NCBI RefSeq assembly: GCF_006345805.1
Contig: NC_043003.1
Location: 38,688,001 to 38,752,000 of the forward strand
Length of the DNA stretch: 64,000 nt
DNA from: Octopus sinensis
Taxonomy: Eukaryota
Direction: 5' to 3'
The translations under genes and the position numbers were made by a program. Shown piece after piece: positions 39,126-51,387 of the stretch; the stretch's first letter is position 1; every line of letters starts with the position of its first letter. Below the pieces are notes generated by a model. It searched no databases. It saw only the letters and a program-made list of their open reading frames with translations, and was not told where the DNA came from.

Positions 39126-39171
39126 AACACAACGTTTCGGCTGATGTACCCTCCAGTCTTCTTTAGGTGTC
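39126..39171 (-). ncRNA. Minimal type I hammerhead motif, family 3
   Basis: gacac CUAAAGA a gacug-gaggguacau-cagcc GAAA cg UU^guguu (G5A lesion). The inverted copy has a perfect ggcug/cagcc stem II. Confidence 0.72.
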
Positions 39172-39252
39172 TTGGGGAAATTTTAAACCTGGGTTCTCAT
39201 TCCTAAGGTATTTTTTGGTGTTATTATTATTATTATTTTTATTGTTAGTGTT

Positions 39253-39327
39253 CAGGTCATTGCTTGGAATCGAACTTGGAATCTTAGGGTTAGTAGCCCG
39301 TGCTCTTAACCACTACGCCATATGCCC
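39253..39327 (-). promoter_or_regulatory. tRNA-derived Pol III head (A and B boxes)
   Basis: tggcgtagtggtt (A box), gggCTACTAAccc anticodon-like arm, gttcgattcc (B box). A truncated second copy lies at about 21116-21160 (+). Confidence 0.8.
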
Positions 39328-39769
39328 ATGGACACATGCCATGGGAAATTTCCCAAAGAAGGCTGGAGGGTATATCAGCCGAAACATTGTGTTAACAACA
39401 AACAAGATGAGGACAAATATCCGTTGAATGTAAATAATATACATAATTCCTCATCTCTTAAATATAGAACTGTAGGTTTCTTTTAGTTCCTATCTTCCAA
39501 ATCCACTCACAAGGCTTTGATCAGCCCAGGACCATAGTAAAATACATTTGCACAAGGTGCCATGCAGTGACCAAAACAAATAAAAGCTAAATGGAACAAT
39601 TACTAAATGTTACAGATGTTACTAGTAAGATATTTGAAATCTAATTAACAGGACATCTTAAGTCTAGATAACAGGATGCATTACATATAGCTGGCGAGGG
39701 TCTGCAGAACTTGTTCAAGGGATGCAGCAAAGAGAAAGAAAAGGAGAAGAAATCTCTGAAAGAACTTAC

Positions 39770-39856
39770 CTCAGTGCCTCATCAAGAAGCTGTTGCAGAT
39801 GTGCAGGATTAAGAAATCCACGCTGTAAGTTATAGTCATTCATCCACGTCTGACGT
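39770..39856 (-). CDS. HEXD: HEXD exon (RQTWMNDYNLQRGFLNPAHLQQLLDEAL)
   Basis: Acceptor tgtgttgcag|A, donor TGAG|gtaagt. 87 nt, phase 2 to 2. W-x-x-x-Y...NP corresponds to HEXD GWFSPY...HP. Confidence 0.9.
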
Positions 39857-41049
39857 CTGCAACACAAAACAACACTATATCAAATATGCTAATGCTAACT
39901 TAACTATTGTTTTTCCCATGCAGATAGAGTCTCTGAGTAACCAGCTTTACAGAGCCTCCCAAACTCATGTATTCCTTCCTTCAATATTTACAGATGTTGC
40001 CTATCTCCCTCATGCACTCATCCTCTCATCCATTTGCAAACTCTCATACCCAGAATACTGTTCCTGCTACATGAGGTGCCACTTGGACACCTCATCACCA
40101 CTATCTATTTCCTTAGAGATGACTCTAATTCATTCTCACTCTCTCTCCTAATTGTGAGTAGCCATGTAGCTCCTCTACAATAAAAGCCAGCTCAACCACA
40201 ATCGTTTCCCTCTTTCTTAACCCCCATGTAAGATACAGAAGCACTGTCCTCCCTCCATGGGTTTGTTGACATGTGAACTACATGGTGACCTCAACTGTGC
40301 CATAGCACAACTAAAAAACATCCAGTACACTCTGTAAGGTGGTTGGTATTAAGAAGAGCACCCAGACGTAGAAACCATGCCAAAACAGATACCAGAGTAC
40401 AATGCAATCCTTGACTCATTGGATCCTTGGCAAACTGTCCAAGCCATTCCAGCATGGAACATGAACATTAAATGATGATGATAATGATGATGATATCATG
40501 TCAGAGCTGACACTGCTCTTTATTTCTCCTAATATAACCAGTACCAGAACCAGTAATATACTGAAATTAATTTAAATGAGTGAGTAAAAGGTTTATTAAG
40601 GAATTCCTAATGGCTCAGAATTATGTTTGGCTTCTGATTAATCATCATCACCATCATCATCGTTTAACGTCTGCTTTCCATGCTAGCATAGGTTGGACGA
40701 TTTGACTGAGGGCTGGCGAACCAGATGGCTGCACCAGGCTTCAATCTTGATCTGGCAGAGTTTCTACAGCAGGATGCCCTTCCTAACGCCACAGTTAAAT
40801 CACGAATTTATAATGCAAATGAATTTTGTGAAGGTGCATGGCTCAGTGGTTAGAGTGCTGTACTAACAATCATGAGGTAGTGAGTTCAATTCCTAGATTA
40901 GATTGTATGTTGTGTTCTCGAGTAAGACACTTTATTTCACATTGCTCCAGTGCACTCAGCTGTAGAAATGAGTTGCTACGTCACTGGTACCAAGCTGTAT
41001 CAGCCTTTGCCTTTCCCTTGGATAACATTAGTGGCATAGAGAGTGAGGC

Positions 41050-41545
41050 TGGTATGAATGGACGATTACTGGTCTTCCACTGTCCATTTCCTTTCGCTAT
41101 GTATGTCACTTCATCCAAAAGCCCCTTCAACACTTTTTCTACTTTTTCCATCTACATCCGCTCAACCTTCCTACTCTTCAGAGTACACCTTGTAAGTAAT
41201 AGTCTTCTTTTCCATATTTTCCATGACCCTTTTCGGGGGTAATAACTTCACGTCACCACCCACATTCTGTGTCATCTTACTCTGCTCCTTCAGTACGACT
41301 AGGTCCACCTCCCTTTTCTTCACCACTGCAGCCTCGGCAAAACTCTTTACTCTTTCCAAATGCTCGTCCATTCTATTTACCGCCTTAACGAGTTCCTCCT
41401 CCACTGAGGACAGCTCATACTCGCTAAGGTCTGAATACATATTTTTCTACCGGTAATAACTCTCACTGACAAACCGTTGCCAAGCAGCACAAAAAATTCC
41501 GCCTGACTCGTCAAAATCACACAGCGAATAAACCGACGCATACGC
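41050..41545 (-). mobile_element. Probable retrotransposon 5' end (CpG-rich UTR plus ORF1/gag-like coiled-coil start)
   Basis: ORF 41171-41440 (MYSDLSEYELSSVEEELVKAVNRMDEHLERVK...) is preceded by a CpG-rich leader. Family not identified. Confidence 0.45.
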
Positions 41546-41596
41546 AGGAAGCAAGCTTCTTACCACACAGCCACTCCTGTGCCTATATATACATAC

Positions 41597-41653
<57 letters not shown>

Positions 41654-41764
41654 ACACTATATATATATATATAATATATGTAGGTCCCGGGTTGATTCGG
41701 GGTTAACCACAGTAAATAAGGTACTCAATACTATCAGAGTAAAATTAATTTATTATATAGAAGG

Positions 41765-41814
41765 AGCTTCTACAGGACTAGAACTGTTTCATTCAAGAGA
41801 ATCTTCAGGAAGCT
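41765..41814 (-). ncRNA. Type I hammerhead motif, family 4 (inverted copy)
   Basis: Same as 45098-45148 but with one U fewer in stem II. Confidence 0.8.
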
Positions 41815-42082
41815 AGTAACAAGAATTGTATAGGCATTTATACATTTAGGCAGGTTTACAGGGGGACTTTTTGGGGGTAGGCATAGCGCAAAAAATCATA
41901 CTTGGGGAGTGGTCAAGGAGTCAGTGTTAAATTAGATAGGAGAATAAATAAAAAATAAAAAATAAAAAATAAAATATAAAATATAAAAAATAAAAAAAAA
42001 ATAAAAAATAAAAAATTAAAAATAAAAAATAAAAAATTAAAAATAAAAGAAATAAAAAAAATAAATAAAAAAATAAAAAATA

Positions 42083-42146
<64 letters not shown>

Positions 42147-42825
42147 GGGGGATAGAGTTTTAGGTAAATAAGGAGATTCTCACTTATACCTCTGCACATA
42201 TGTATACATATATACACACGCATACAAACATATATACATATATACATATATAAGGCCCTCTCCTTAACAAATTCAGAACACTCCCCAAATTGTATGCATA
42301 AGAAGTATGCGAACTACAAGAACTATAGACCTACCCGGCAACCAGATTGATGACACCCCACCCAAAAAACCCCCCAATCCCACCGTTCCCTAGCACCCCC
42401 GATTACCTTTCTCCTAAGACCTTTCACATATTGTATGTGCACGCTTGTAGATGTGTATCGTATATATGTATAGAAATGTATGGGTTATATAGGATTATAC
42501 GCATGTATTATGTGTGTGTGTGCGTGTATGTATGTAAAAAAATATATATGTGTGTATATATGTATATATATATATATATATTAATATATATATATATATA
42601 TATATGTATGTGCGTGTGTGTGTGTGTGTGTGGTATATATGTATAGATGTATGTATGTATATATGTATATTTGTGTGTATGCATATGTATGTGTATATGT
42701 ATGTGTGTATGTATATATATGTGTGTAAGTGTGTGTATATATGTAAATGTAAGTGTGTGTGCTTGTATGAGAATGTATGTATGTTTGCACACATGTATAT
42801 ATATGTGTGTGTATGTGTGTGTGTA

Positions 42826-42859
<34 letters not shown>

Positions 42860-43139
42860 ATATATATTTGTATACATATAAATATATATATATATATGTA
42901 TATATATGTGTATGTATATATATGTGTATGTGAGTGTGTGTGTATACATGTGTGTATGTGTATGTATGTATGTATATATATGCGTGTGCATGGGTATATG
43001 TATATGTACATATGCGCGTACGCTCGTGTGTTTATGTATGTGTAGGTACGTAGAGTTATCTATGTGTGTATTTATATGTACATGTGTCAGTATGTATATG
43101 TATGTATGTGTATGTATATGTATGTGTATGATACTTTGA

Positions 43140-43350
43140 TAGGTTTCGGCCATTATTGGCCCAGGCCATGTCTAACTTAATAGCACCACCTGGTGAAGTC
43201 TTTCAAGTCAGAATTTGGGCACTATGGCCCACTCAAGTAGAGAGTTATTGTTTACAGAGACATATCCGGGTGTAGGGGGTTTATCCGGGATTTCTTGAAG
43301 GAATCTGTCCAAAGACTTCTTGAACCCTATAGGGTCAGTTTCTGTTTTAA
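43140..43350 (-). mobile_element. CR1/Jockey-like LINE 3' end
   Basis: [33 protein letters not shown] followed by a short 3' UTR. Confidence 0.75.
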
Positions 43351-43401
43351 TGTGTTTTTGGTGTAATGTTAAAGAGAGCGGGGCCAATTGAGGTGGAAAT
43401 A

Positions 43402-43442
<41 letters not shown>

Positions 43443-43523
43443 ATGTATGTATGTGTGTATGTGTATATGTATGTGTGTATGTATATATTTGTATATATAT
43501 GTGTGTATATATGTATATATATA

Positions 43524-43569
<46 letters not shown>

Positions 43570-43729
43570 ATGTGTGTAAGTGTATTATATGTATGTATCC
43601 GTCTATATAATGGTAACTGCACGTACATATACTTAATATTTTTTTTTGAGTATGCATGTATGAATAACTGCGCGTATATATATTTTACTATTTACTTATT
43701 TTTTGAGTATGCATGTAAGTATGAATATA

Positions 43730-43791
<62 letters not shown>

Positions 43792-44321
43792 CATGTATGT
43801 ATTTGTATGTAGGTGTACATGTATATGTGTGTGTATTTATATTTATTGGTGTATATGTATAGACTAGCCTTCTAAGAGTGTAGACATGAATCTGTAGGTA
43901 CGCGTACGTATGTGTATATACGTGAATGTATGTAGATGTATGTATGTATGAATATAACGCGTGCGTGCGTGTATGCGTATGAGTGTACGAATGAGTGAGT
44001 GTACGTGCTAAAGAGTGTGCGTGAGTGAATGAGTGCTTGTTTTCCAGTAGACGGATAAATGGTTTGGCTGTCATAGCCAAGATGTTTGTGACCAAGCGGC
44101 CAAAGATAACAAAAGTAATAAACGAAGATAATAAAATTAAAATTAGGGAATGGGTCTGTATTTGTATATGTATATATATATGTGTGTATGTGTAGGTATG
44201 CATAGGTACACGTATGTATATATGTGTATATATATATATATGTATGTGTATATATATATGTATGTGTATGTATGTGTATGTATGTATATGTGTATGTATG
44301 TGTATGTGTGTGTGTGTATAT

Positions 44322-44366
<45 letters not shown>

Positions 44367-44776
44367 ATGTGTATATATGTGTATATAGGGACTAGTGTGC
44401 TGTGTGTGCATGTGTGTGTATGGATTTGTGTGTGTATGCGTGTATGTGAGTATGTGTGTGTATGTGTATATATATTTTTCTGTGTGTATATGTATGTGTG
44501 GTCGTGTGTGTATATATACATGTGTGTATACGTGTATGCAAGTGAGTGTGTGTATGTATACATATATATGTGTATGTGTAGATATGTATATGTATGTGTG
44601 AGTGTATATATATATGTGTATATATATATATATATTATATATATATATGTGTGTGTATGTATGTGTGTATGTATATGTATATATGTTTGTATGCGTGTGT
44701 ATATATGTATACATATGTGCAGAGGTATAAGTGAGAATCTCCTTATTTACCTAAAACTCTATTCCCCCCTTTATAT

Positions 44777-44832
<56 letters not shown>

Positions 44833-45097
44833 ATTTTTTTTTTTTTTATTTATTTTTTTATATTCTTTATTTTATTTTTTATTTTTTATTTTTTATTTTT
44901 ATTTTTATTTTTTTTTTTTATATTTTATATTTTATTTTTTTTTTTTATTTTTTATTTTTCTCCTATCTAATTTAACACTGACTCCTTGACCACTCCCCCA
45001 AGTATGATTTTTTGCGCTATGCCTACCCCCAAAAAGTCCCCCACCAACACCCTTAAACCTGCCTAAATGTATAAATGCCTATACATTCTTGTTAACT

Positions 45098-45148
45098 AGC
45101 TTCCTGAAGATTTCTCTTGAATGAAACAGTTCTAGTCCTGTAGAAGCT
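45098..45148 (+). ncRNA. Type I hammerhead motif with full stem III, family 4
   Basis: agcuuc CUGAAGA uuuc-ucuu-gaau GAAA cag-uucuaguc-cug UA^gaagcu. Stem I is 6 perfect bp; canonical core; stem II is short and closed by U.U. Confidence 0.82.
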
Positions 45149-45227
45149 CCTTCTATATAATAAATATATATAATATATATATCTTATAGAATTGAATAAA
45201 ATAGATAACGATGAATGATAAACAAAA

Positions 45228-45269
<42 letters not shown>

Positions 45270-45734
45270 TAATAATAATGATGATGATTTCAAATTTTGG
45301 CACAATGTCAGCAATTTTGATGGAGGAGCTAACTTGATAACATCGACCCCCATTGCTCAACTGGTACTTTATTTTTCAACCCTGAGGGCATGAAAGACAA
45401 AGTTGACCCATAGTGGAATTTGAACTCAGGACGTGTAGATGAACAAAATGTCACTATGCATTTTGGCCGGCATGCTTACAATTCTGCCAGCTTACCACCT
45501 TAATAATAATAATAATCCTTTCTACTAAAGGTATAAAGCCTGAAATTTGGTGGGAGAGGACTAATTGGTTACATCGACCCCAATGTTTTACTGGTATTTA
45601 ATTCATCGACCCTGAAAGGATGAAATGGTGTAATTTGAACTTCAAACAAAGACGGGTGAAATACCGCTAAACATTTTGCCCAGCGTGCTATTCATTCTGC
45701 CAGCCTGCTGCCTTTTTATAATAATAATAATAAT

Positions 45735-45784
<50 letters not shown>

Positions 45785-45991
45785 TGATGATGATGATTTC
45801 AAATTTTGGCATAAGGCCAGCAAGTTCACGGGAGTTGGTAAGTCAATTACATCGACCCCAGTGTTTAACTGGTACTTATTTTATCGACATCAAAAGAGTC
45901 GACCTCAGTGGAATTTGAACTCAGAATGTAAAGATGAATATGTTACTGAACATTTTGCCCAGCATGCTAATGATTCTGTCAGCTCTCTGCC

Positions 45992-46025
<34 letters not shown>

Positions 46026-46499
46026 TGATGATGATGATTTCGAATTTTCGCACAAGATCAGTAATTTCGGGGGAGGGGGTAAGTTGATTACATTGACCCC
46101 AGTTCTCAACTCGTACTTATTTCATCAAACCCCAAAAGAATGAAGACAAAGTAGACCTCAGAGGAACTTGTATTCAGAATGTAGTAATGAATGAAATACC
46201 ATTAAGCATTTCATCCAGCATGCTAGAGATTCTGCCAGCTAACTACCTTTACTTAATATAAATAATCCTTTCTACTATAGGCATAAGGCCTGGAATTTGT
46301 AGGAAGGGGGATAGTTGATTACATCAACCCCCAATACCTGACTGGTACTTAATTTATCAACTGCGAAAGGATGAAAGGCATAGTTGACCTCAGTGGAATT
46401 TGAACTTAGAATGTAGTGTCAGATGAAATACTGCTAAGCATTTCCTACAGTGTGCCAATGATTCTGCCAGCTCACCACTTGAAATATAGATAATAACTC

Positions 46500-46530
<31 letters not shown>

Positions 46531-47458
46531 CATATGTATGTGTGTGTGTGTGTGTCCTGCACACTTTCTTAACAATATCACTGACTACTGACAGAAAAAC
46601 AGTCAATCTAGAAACATCTGAAGAAGTTCAAAAAAGAACTAATAATTTCTTTCACATTAGCCTCTTTTTCTCCTCCTCCACATTCTTCTTCTTCCTCCTC
46701 CTCTTCCTCCTCCACGACGACCACCACAGAAATGTGGGTTTCTGTGCTTATTCTGAATCAGAATAAACTCATACACCTTGAGTAGAAGCACTGTGACTTT
46801 GTGGTATTGGAGCATATTCTTTTATTCATTCATTGGTTTCAATTGCTGGACAATGGTCATTCTCGTATTGCCTTCAAGGAATCTTATATCAATATTATCT
46901 TTTATCAAATGTTTCAGTTATTAGACAGTCGCCATGCTGGAGTACTACCTTGATGGGTTTAGCTGAACAAGTCAATCCTAGTACTTACTTTCTAAGACTG
47001 GTATTGTCTTTCTATCGGTCTCCTTAGCTGAACCTCCAAGTTTCGGGGATGTAAACAAACTAACACACATTTGTCATGTGTTGGCAGAGGACACACACAC
47101 ACACACGATGAGCTTCTTTCAGTTTCCGTCTACCAAATCTACTGACAAGCCTTGGTTTGGCATGGAGGTATATTAATAAACACTTGTCCAAGGTACTTTC
47201 TATGCAGCGGGACTGAACTGGGAACCATGTGGTTGAAAAGCAAACTTTTTACCACACAATCACTCTTGCGCCCATATTAATATCATATGCTTTGTCTTGT
47301 ACTAATTGTTTTTATTAATTTCATAAAGAGAGGGTGGCGAAATCAGCTTGGATACAAAGGGACATAACTGTGACAGACCACAATTACACAATTTTTTTTT
47401 TTTTACTTTTGACGTTTAGTTTTTGATCACACGCCAATATACTGAACAAACGTCTTAC

Positions 47459-47560
47459 CTGTCACTATGTATATATTCGTTGTAGTCAAGTTCGAATCGC
47501 AAGAAGTCTAGCATTTGTAGATAGATGTCACTCCCAGGAAATTTACACTTTGGAAATATA
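47459..47560 (-). CDS. HEXD: HEXD exon (IFPKCKFPGSDIYLQMLDFLRFELDYNEYIHSD)
   Basis: Acceptor cttctctccag|T, donor ACAG|gtaaga. 102 nt, phase 2 to 2. Contains the conserved FPGS motif. Confidence 0.92.
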
Positions 47561-48214
47561 CTGGAGAGAAGTAGAGAGAAAAAAAAAACATTATAATTTA
47601 ATCAAGAGATAACTGAATTACATCAACATTTATGTAAAAAAAAAAAAAAACAGCTTGGGCATTCTTTATCTGCTGTTTCAGTTTTGATGTCATTCATCAT
47701 CATCATCATTTAACATCCACTCTTCCATGCTTGCATGGGCCAGAGGGAATTTGTTGACGTAGATATTCTACTGCTTGATGCCCTTCCTGTTACCAACCCT
47801 CACAGGTTTCCAGGCTAGGTAATATTTCTCCATGGCCAGACATGCTTTTATATAGCAAATTTGAAGCTGGACAGCATTACTTGTACAACTGTGATGTTCA
47901 TTTGTAACCATCATGCGACGTCAAGACAAGGTTATGTGCACACACACAAACACACATACATACACACACACATGCACGCATGCACATGTGTGTCTGCATG
48001 TATTATGAGTCCTTTCAGTTTTTCAACAAAGAAATTTACTGAGACTGTTTACAACCACATTTGAAATCTGTGGTTTGCCAGTTGTTTCACATCTTTAGTC
48101 ACTAAAACTAGGTTTTAACCCCACTAGCCTGAAATTCCTATCCAAAAGGACCAAATATGTTTTAAAATATGTAGTTTAATATTTGAATTTAAGATGCAAT
48201 AAATGCAAACATAC

Positions 48215-48296
48215 GTTCGATCTGGGATAAGAGGCAGTGTAGGTTCAAATTCCAGCTCCTTTGAAACAGTTAAGTGAATATCAGAATTGAATGTTC
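48215..48296 (-). CDS. HEXD: HEXD exon (GTFNSDIHLTVSKELEFEPTLPLIPDR)
   Basis: Acceptor ttttactttcag|GAAC, donor GAAC|gtatgt. 82 nt, phase 1 to 2, in frame with both neighbours. Confidence 0.85.
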
Positions 48297-48805
48297 CTGA
48301 AAGTAAAATAAGCGAGGATCATGAATTTATTTCATTCCTACTTCACAGGTGAAAGGGTTAGTAATAAAGAGGAACAGTATCTAGTTGTAAAGCCAATTAT
48401 TAAAATGACATACAAATACTGAAATTTCTTCTAAAAATTATTCACACTGTCATGGATAAAAAGTACATTCCAGTTAATCCTTTGCCTGCCATGTGTATCA
48501 CATGATATGAGGAACATATTTTCCTGGTGCCCATGCATCATATATGACATGTATTCTAAATTATTTTCAACCACCAGAGTAACTTGGGACATTTGAAGGG
48601 AAAGCATTTTTATTTCTCGGAACGTATGAAACAAAAGTTAACAAAAAGGCATAGAAGTGGCTGTGTGGTAAGTAGCTTGCTTACCAACCACATGGTTCCA
48701 GGTTCAGTCCCACTGCGTGGCACCTTGGGCAAGTGTCTTCCACTATAGCCTAGGACTGACCAGTGGATTTGGTAGACGGAAACTGAAAGAAGCCCATCGT
48801 ATATA

Positions 48806-48899
<94 letters not shown>

Positions 48900-51304
48900 T
48901 GTGTGTGTGTTTGTGTGTCTGTGTTTGTCCCCTCCCAAAATCGCTTGACAACTGATGCTGGTGAGTTTACGTCTCCATAACTTAGCGGTTCGGCAAAAAG
49001 AGACCGATAGAATAAGTACTAGGCTTACAAAGAATAAGTCCTGGGGTTGATTTGCTCAACTAAAGGCGATGCTCCAGCATGGCCACAGTCAAATGACTGA
49101 AACAAGTAAAAGAGTAAAAGTCTGAAAACAAGCATGGATGTTTGGACAAACTCATAAAAATGCTTTGAGCAGGCAAAGGGTTAAAAATATAATATATCTG
49201 CAACACCATCCTAGAATCAGTCAATATTTTATGTGATCCAAGAATGGTCAGAACATATATCCTAAAATAGTGTAGTATTATGTGCCCCATTTAAGCCTAA
49301 ACATTTCTGCTGGACAGTCAATTCATCATCATCATCATTTAGCATCTGCTTTCCATGCTGGCATTGGTTAGACAGTTTGATTGCAACTGGTAAACCAGAG
49401 AGCTGCACCAAGTTCCAGTCTGATTTGGCTTGGTTTCTATGGCTGGATACCCTTCCTAACTCCAACCACTCCAAGAGTGTGATGGGTGCTTTTTACATTC
49501 CACCGGCACAGCTGCTCTTATGTGCCACTGGCATGGGTGTTTTTATGCACCACCGGCAGTGGTGAGAGTTACATGACACTGGTATTAGCCGCAACTATGA
49601 TTATATATATAGTAAAATCTAATAAGTAGTGCTATCATGCATTGATCAAGTTCCTGATGTCTATCTTTTATAAGGTACTTCACCAGAACTTGCAACCATA
49701 TTTAGATATGTTGTGGTGAAGGGCTTGTGATAGAGGGTACCTATGGAAAAGAAAGGTTGCAATAGAACTGCATCCCCAAAGTCCATCCCCTCCTCACCGT
49801 GGTGGGGACGCTGGCAACAGGTAGTGTCAGAGCTATGCCGTCGGCAACTTCGGTTCCTGGTAGGGCCACCCAAGGCGGATTGGTCTGACACCGAGTAGTA
49901 TTAGGACCACAACCCAGTAGACGGGGCTCTGGTGAAAATCCTCGGAGTGTCTGTTTCGGCAACCAGCGGCTCCTCGGTCATTCTGTCCCTGCGTCTGCAG
50001 ACAATCTACGGCAAACAGGATGTCTCTACATGCGGGATTGTTGGAAACTGCTTGTGAAATTCATATTCCCACGAAACTTCTTCCATTGCCATGGTTCGAG
50101 ATGCCTCAAGGGTGGTGGAAGAAGCCAACTCAACCCGCCCAGGGTGAATGTCGCCACAAGTACAAGTAACTGGGATGTTGAAATATATGGCACTTCAGAT
50201 AATTAAGGCTGGTGATAGAAAGCAGTAGTGCTAGACATAAATTACAGCAGAACTGAAATACATAAATGAAACAAGGTAGTTAATATTAGTGATAGAAGGT
50301 AGCTCTGGTAGACATAGGTTGCAGAATAGTTGAAGTAGACATATGAGTTGAATTAGATACATTATTGCTGTTTTACGCCAACTCATCTCTAATCAAAGAC
50401 TTATGATAAAGCAGACCTATGATCCAGCATTGAGAAACTCATTTTCTCCAGTAATTAAGCCTTCATCATTTAGTGTGTTCTTTTATTTTTAAAGATATTA
50501 TAGTGTTATCTGAGGCAAGTTTGACTGTTATAACAATCCTTCCCTAGTCATATATACTCACAGGGCCAGTCTCCTGGTTTCCGTGGTGCATATATTCCCC
50601 TGGATGAGAAGCCAGTCCACTGAAGGGTTACTCAGATTTGCCAGCTGAGTGGACTGGAGTAACATGAAATAAAGTGTTTTGTTCAAAAACACAAAATGTC
50701 CCCTGGTCCTGGAATCAAAACCACAATCTTCGGATCATGAATCTAACACCCTAACCATTAAGCCATACACTTGCACATCTTTGAAGCTGAGCAGCAACAT
50801 TAAGGGCCTTTAAAACTTTAAAACCGGCACTCTGTTGGCTATGACGATAAAGGTTTCAGTTAATCCAATTGACTGAACAGCCTGCTCATAAAATGAACAT
50901 ACAAGTGGCTGAGCACTCCACAAACATGCATACCTTCAATTTAGTTCTCAGAGGGATCCAGCATGACATAGAATGTGGCAAGGCTGGTCCTTTGAAATAC
51001 AGGTACTACACATTTTTGCCAGCTGAAAGGACTGGAGCAACATGAAATAAAGTGTCTTGCTCAAGGACACAATGTGCTACTGAGAATTGAACTCACAACC
51101 TTACGATTGTGATTTTAAATGCCCCTAACCACTAAGCCATGCACCTTCACTATAAGATCCTTTATTAGCTTGATGGCAGCTGAGACATTGATGATGGGGA
51201 TGAAAATGATGTCTAAAGATGGTGGCTAAAGAAATATTTTCAATGATGGTGGTGGTGGTGGTGGTGGTGATGGTGGCAGCAGTGTCAGTGATGCTGAGAC
51301 TTAC

Positions 51305-51387
51305 CAGACTTCAGGACATGTAAGCAGGCAGCAAGGGACGGCAATGCCTGAGGCAGCAACTCACAGAGGACAGCAAAATGGTCAAAC
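51305..51387 (-). CDS. HEXD: HEXD exon ([27 protein letters not shown])
   Basis: Acceptor ttttctgcag|G, donor TCTG|gtaagt. 83 nt, phase 2 to 1. Matches HEXD [22 protein letters not shown]. Confidence 0.95.

Larger units (their letters stand above)
39070..39472 (-). mobile_element. tRNA-headed hammerhead SINE (family 3) with inverted 3' duplication
   Basis: 12-bp TSD taggtttctttt at 39058-39069 and 39473-39484. tRNA-like head at 39253-39327. Hammerhead at 39126-39171; inverted partial copy at about 39346-39440. Confidence 0.85.
41681..45165. mobile_element. About 3.5-kb composite flanked by inverted ~490-bp hammerhead-bearing repeats (family 4)
   Basis: 41752-42245 is the reverse complement of 44672-45165; the ORF track shows the same peptide on opposite strands. 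Candidate low-complexity TSD atatatataatatat at 41665-41679 and 45164-45178. Confidence 0.7.

Noticed and set aside
39253-39327. Functional tRNA-Ser(ACT) gene
   Set aside because: The acceptor stem does not pair, there is no long variable arm, and it is embedded in a TSD-flanked repeat; treated as a SINE head.
37817-40381. Two similar ~170-200-bp segments (37817-37985, 40180-40381) flanking a HEXD exon
   Set aside because: Both end in RTE 3'-UTR sequence, so they are probably two copies of one dispersed subfamily rather than a structural feature.
42347-44975. Many long Y/I/H/T/C/V-rich ORFs
   Set aside because: Products of (TA)n/(TG)n/(CA)n mosaics that lack stop codons.
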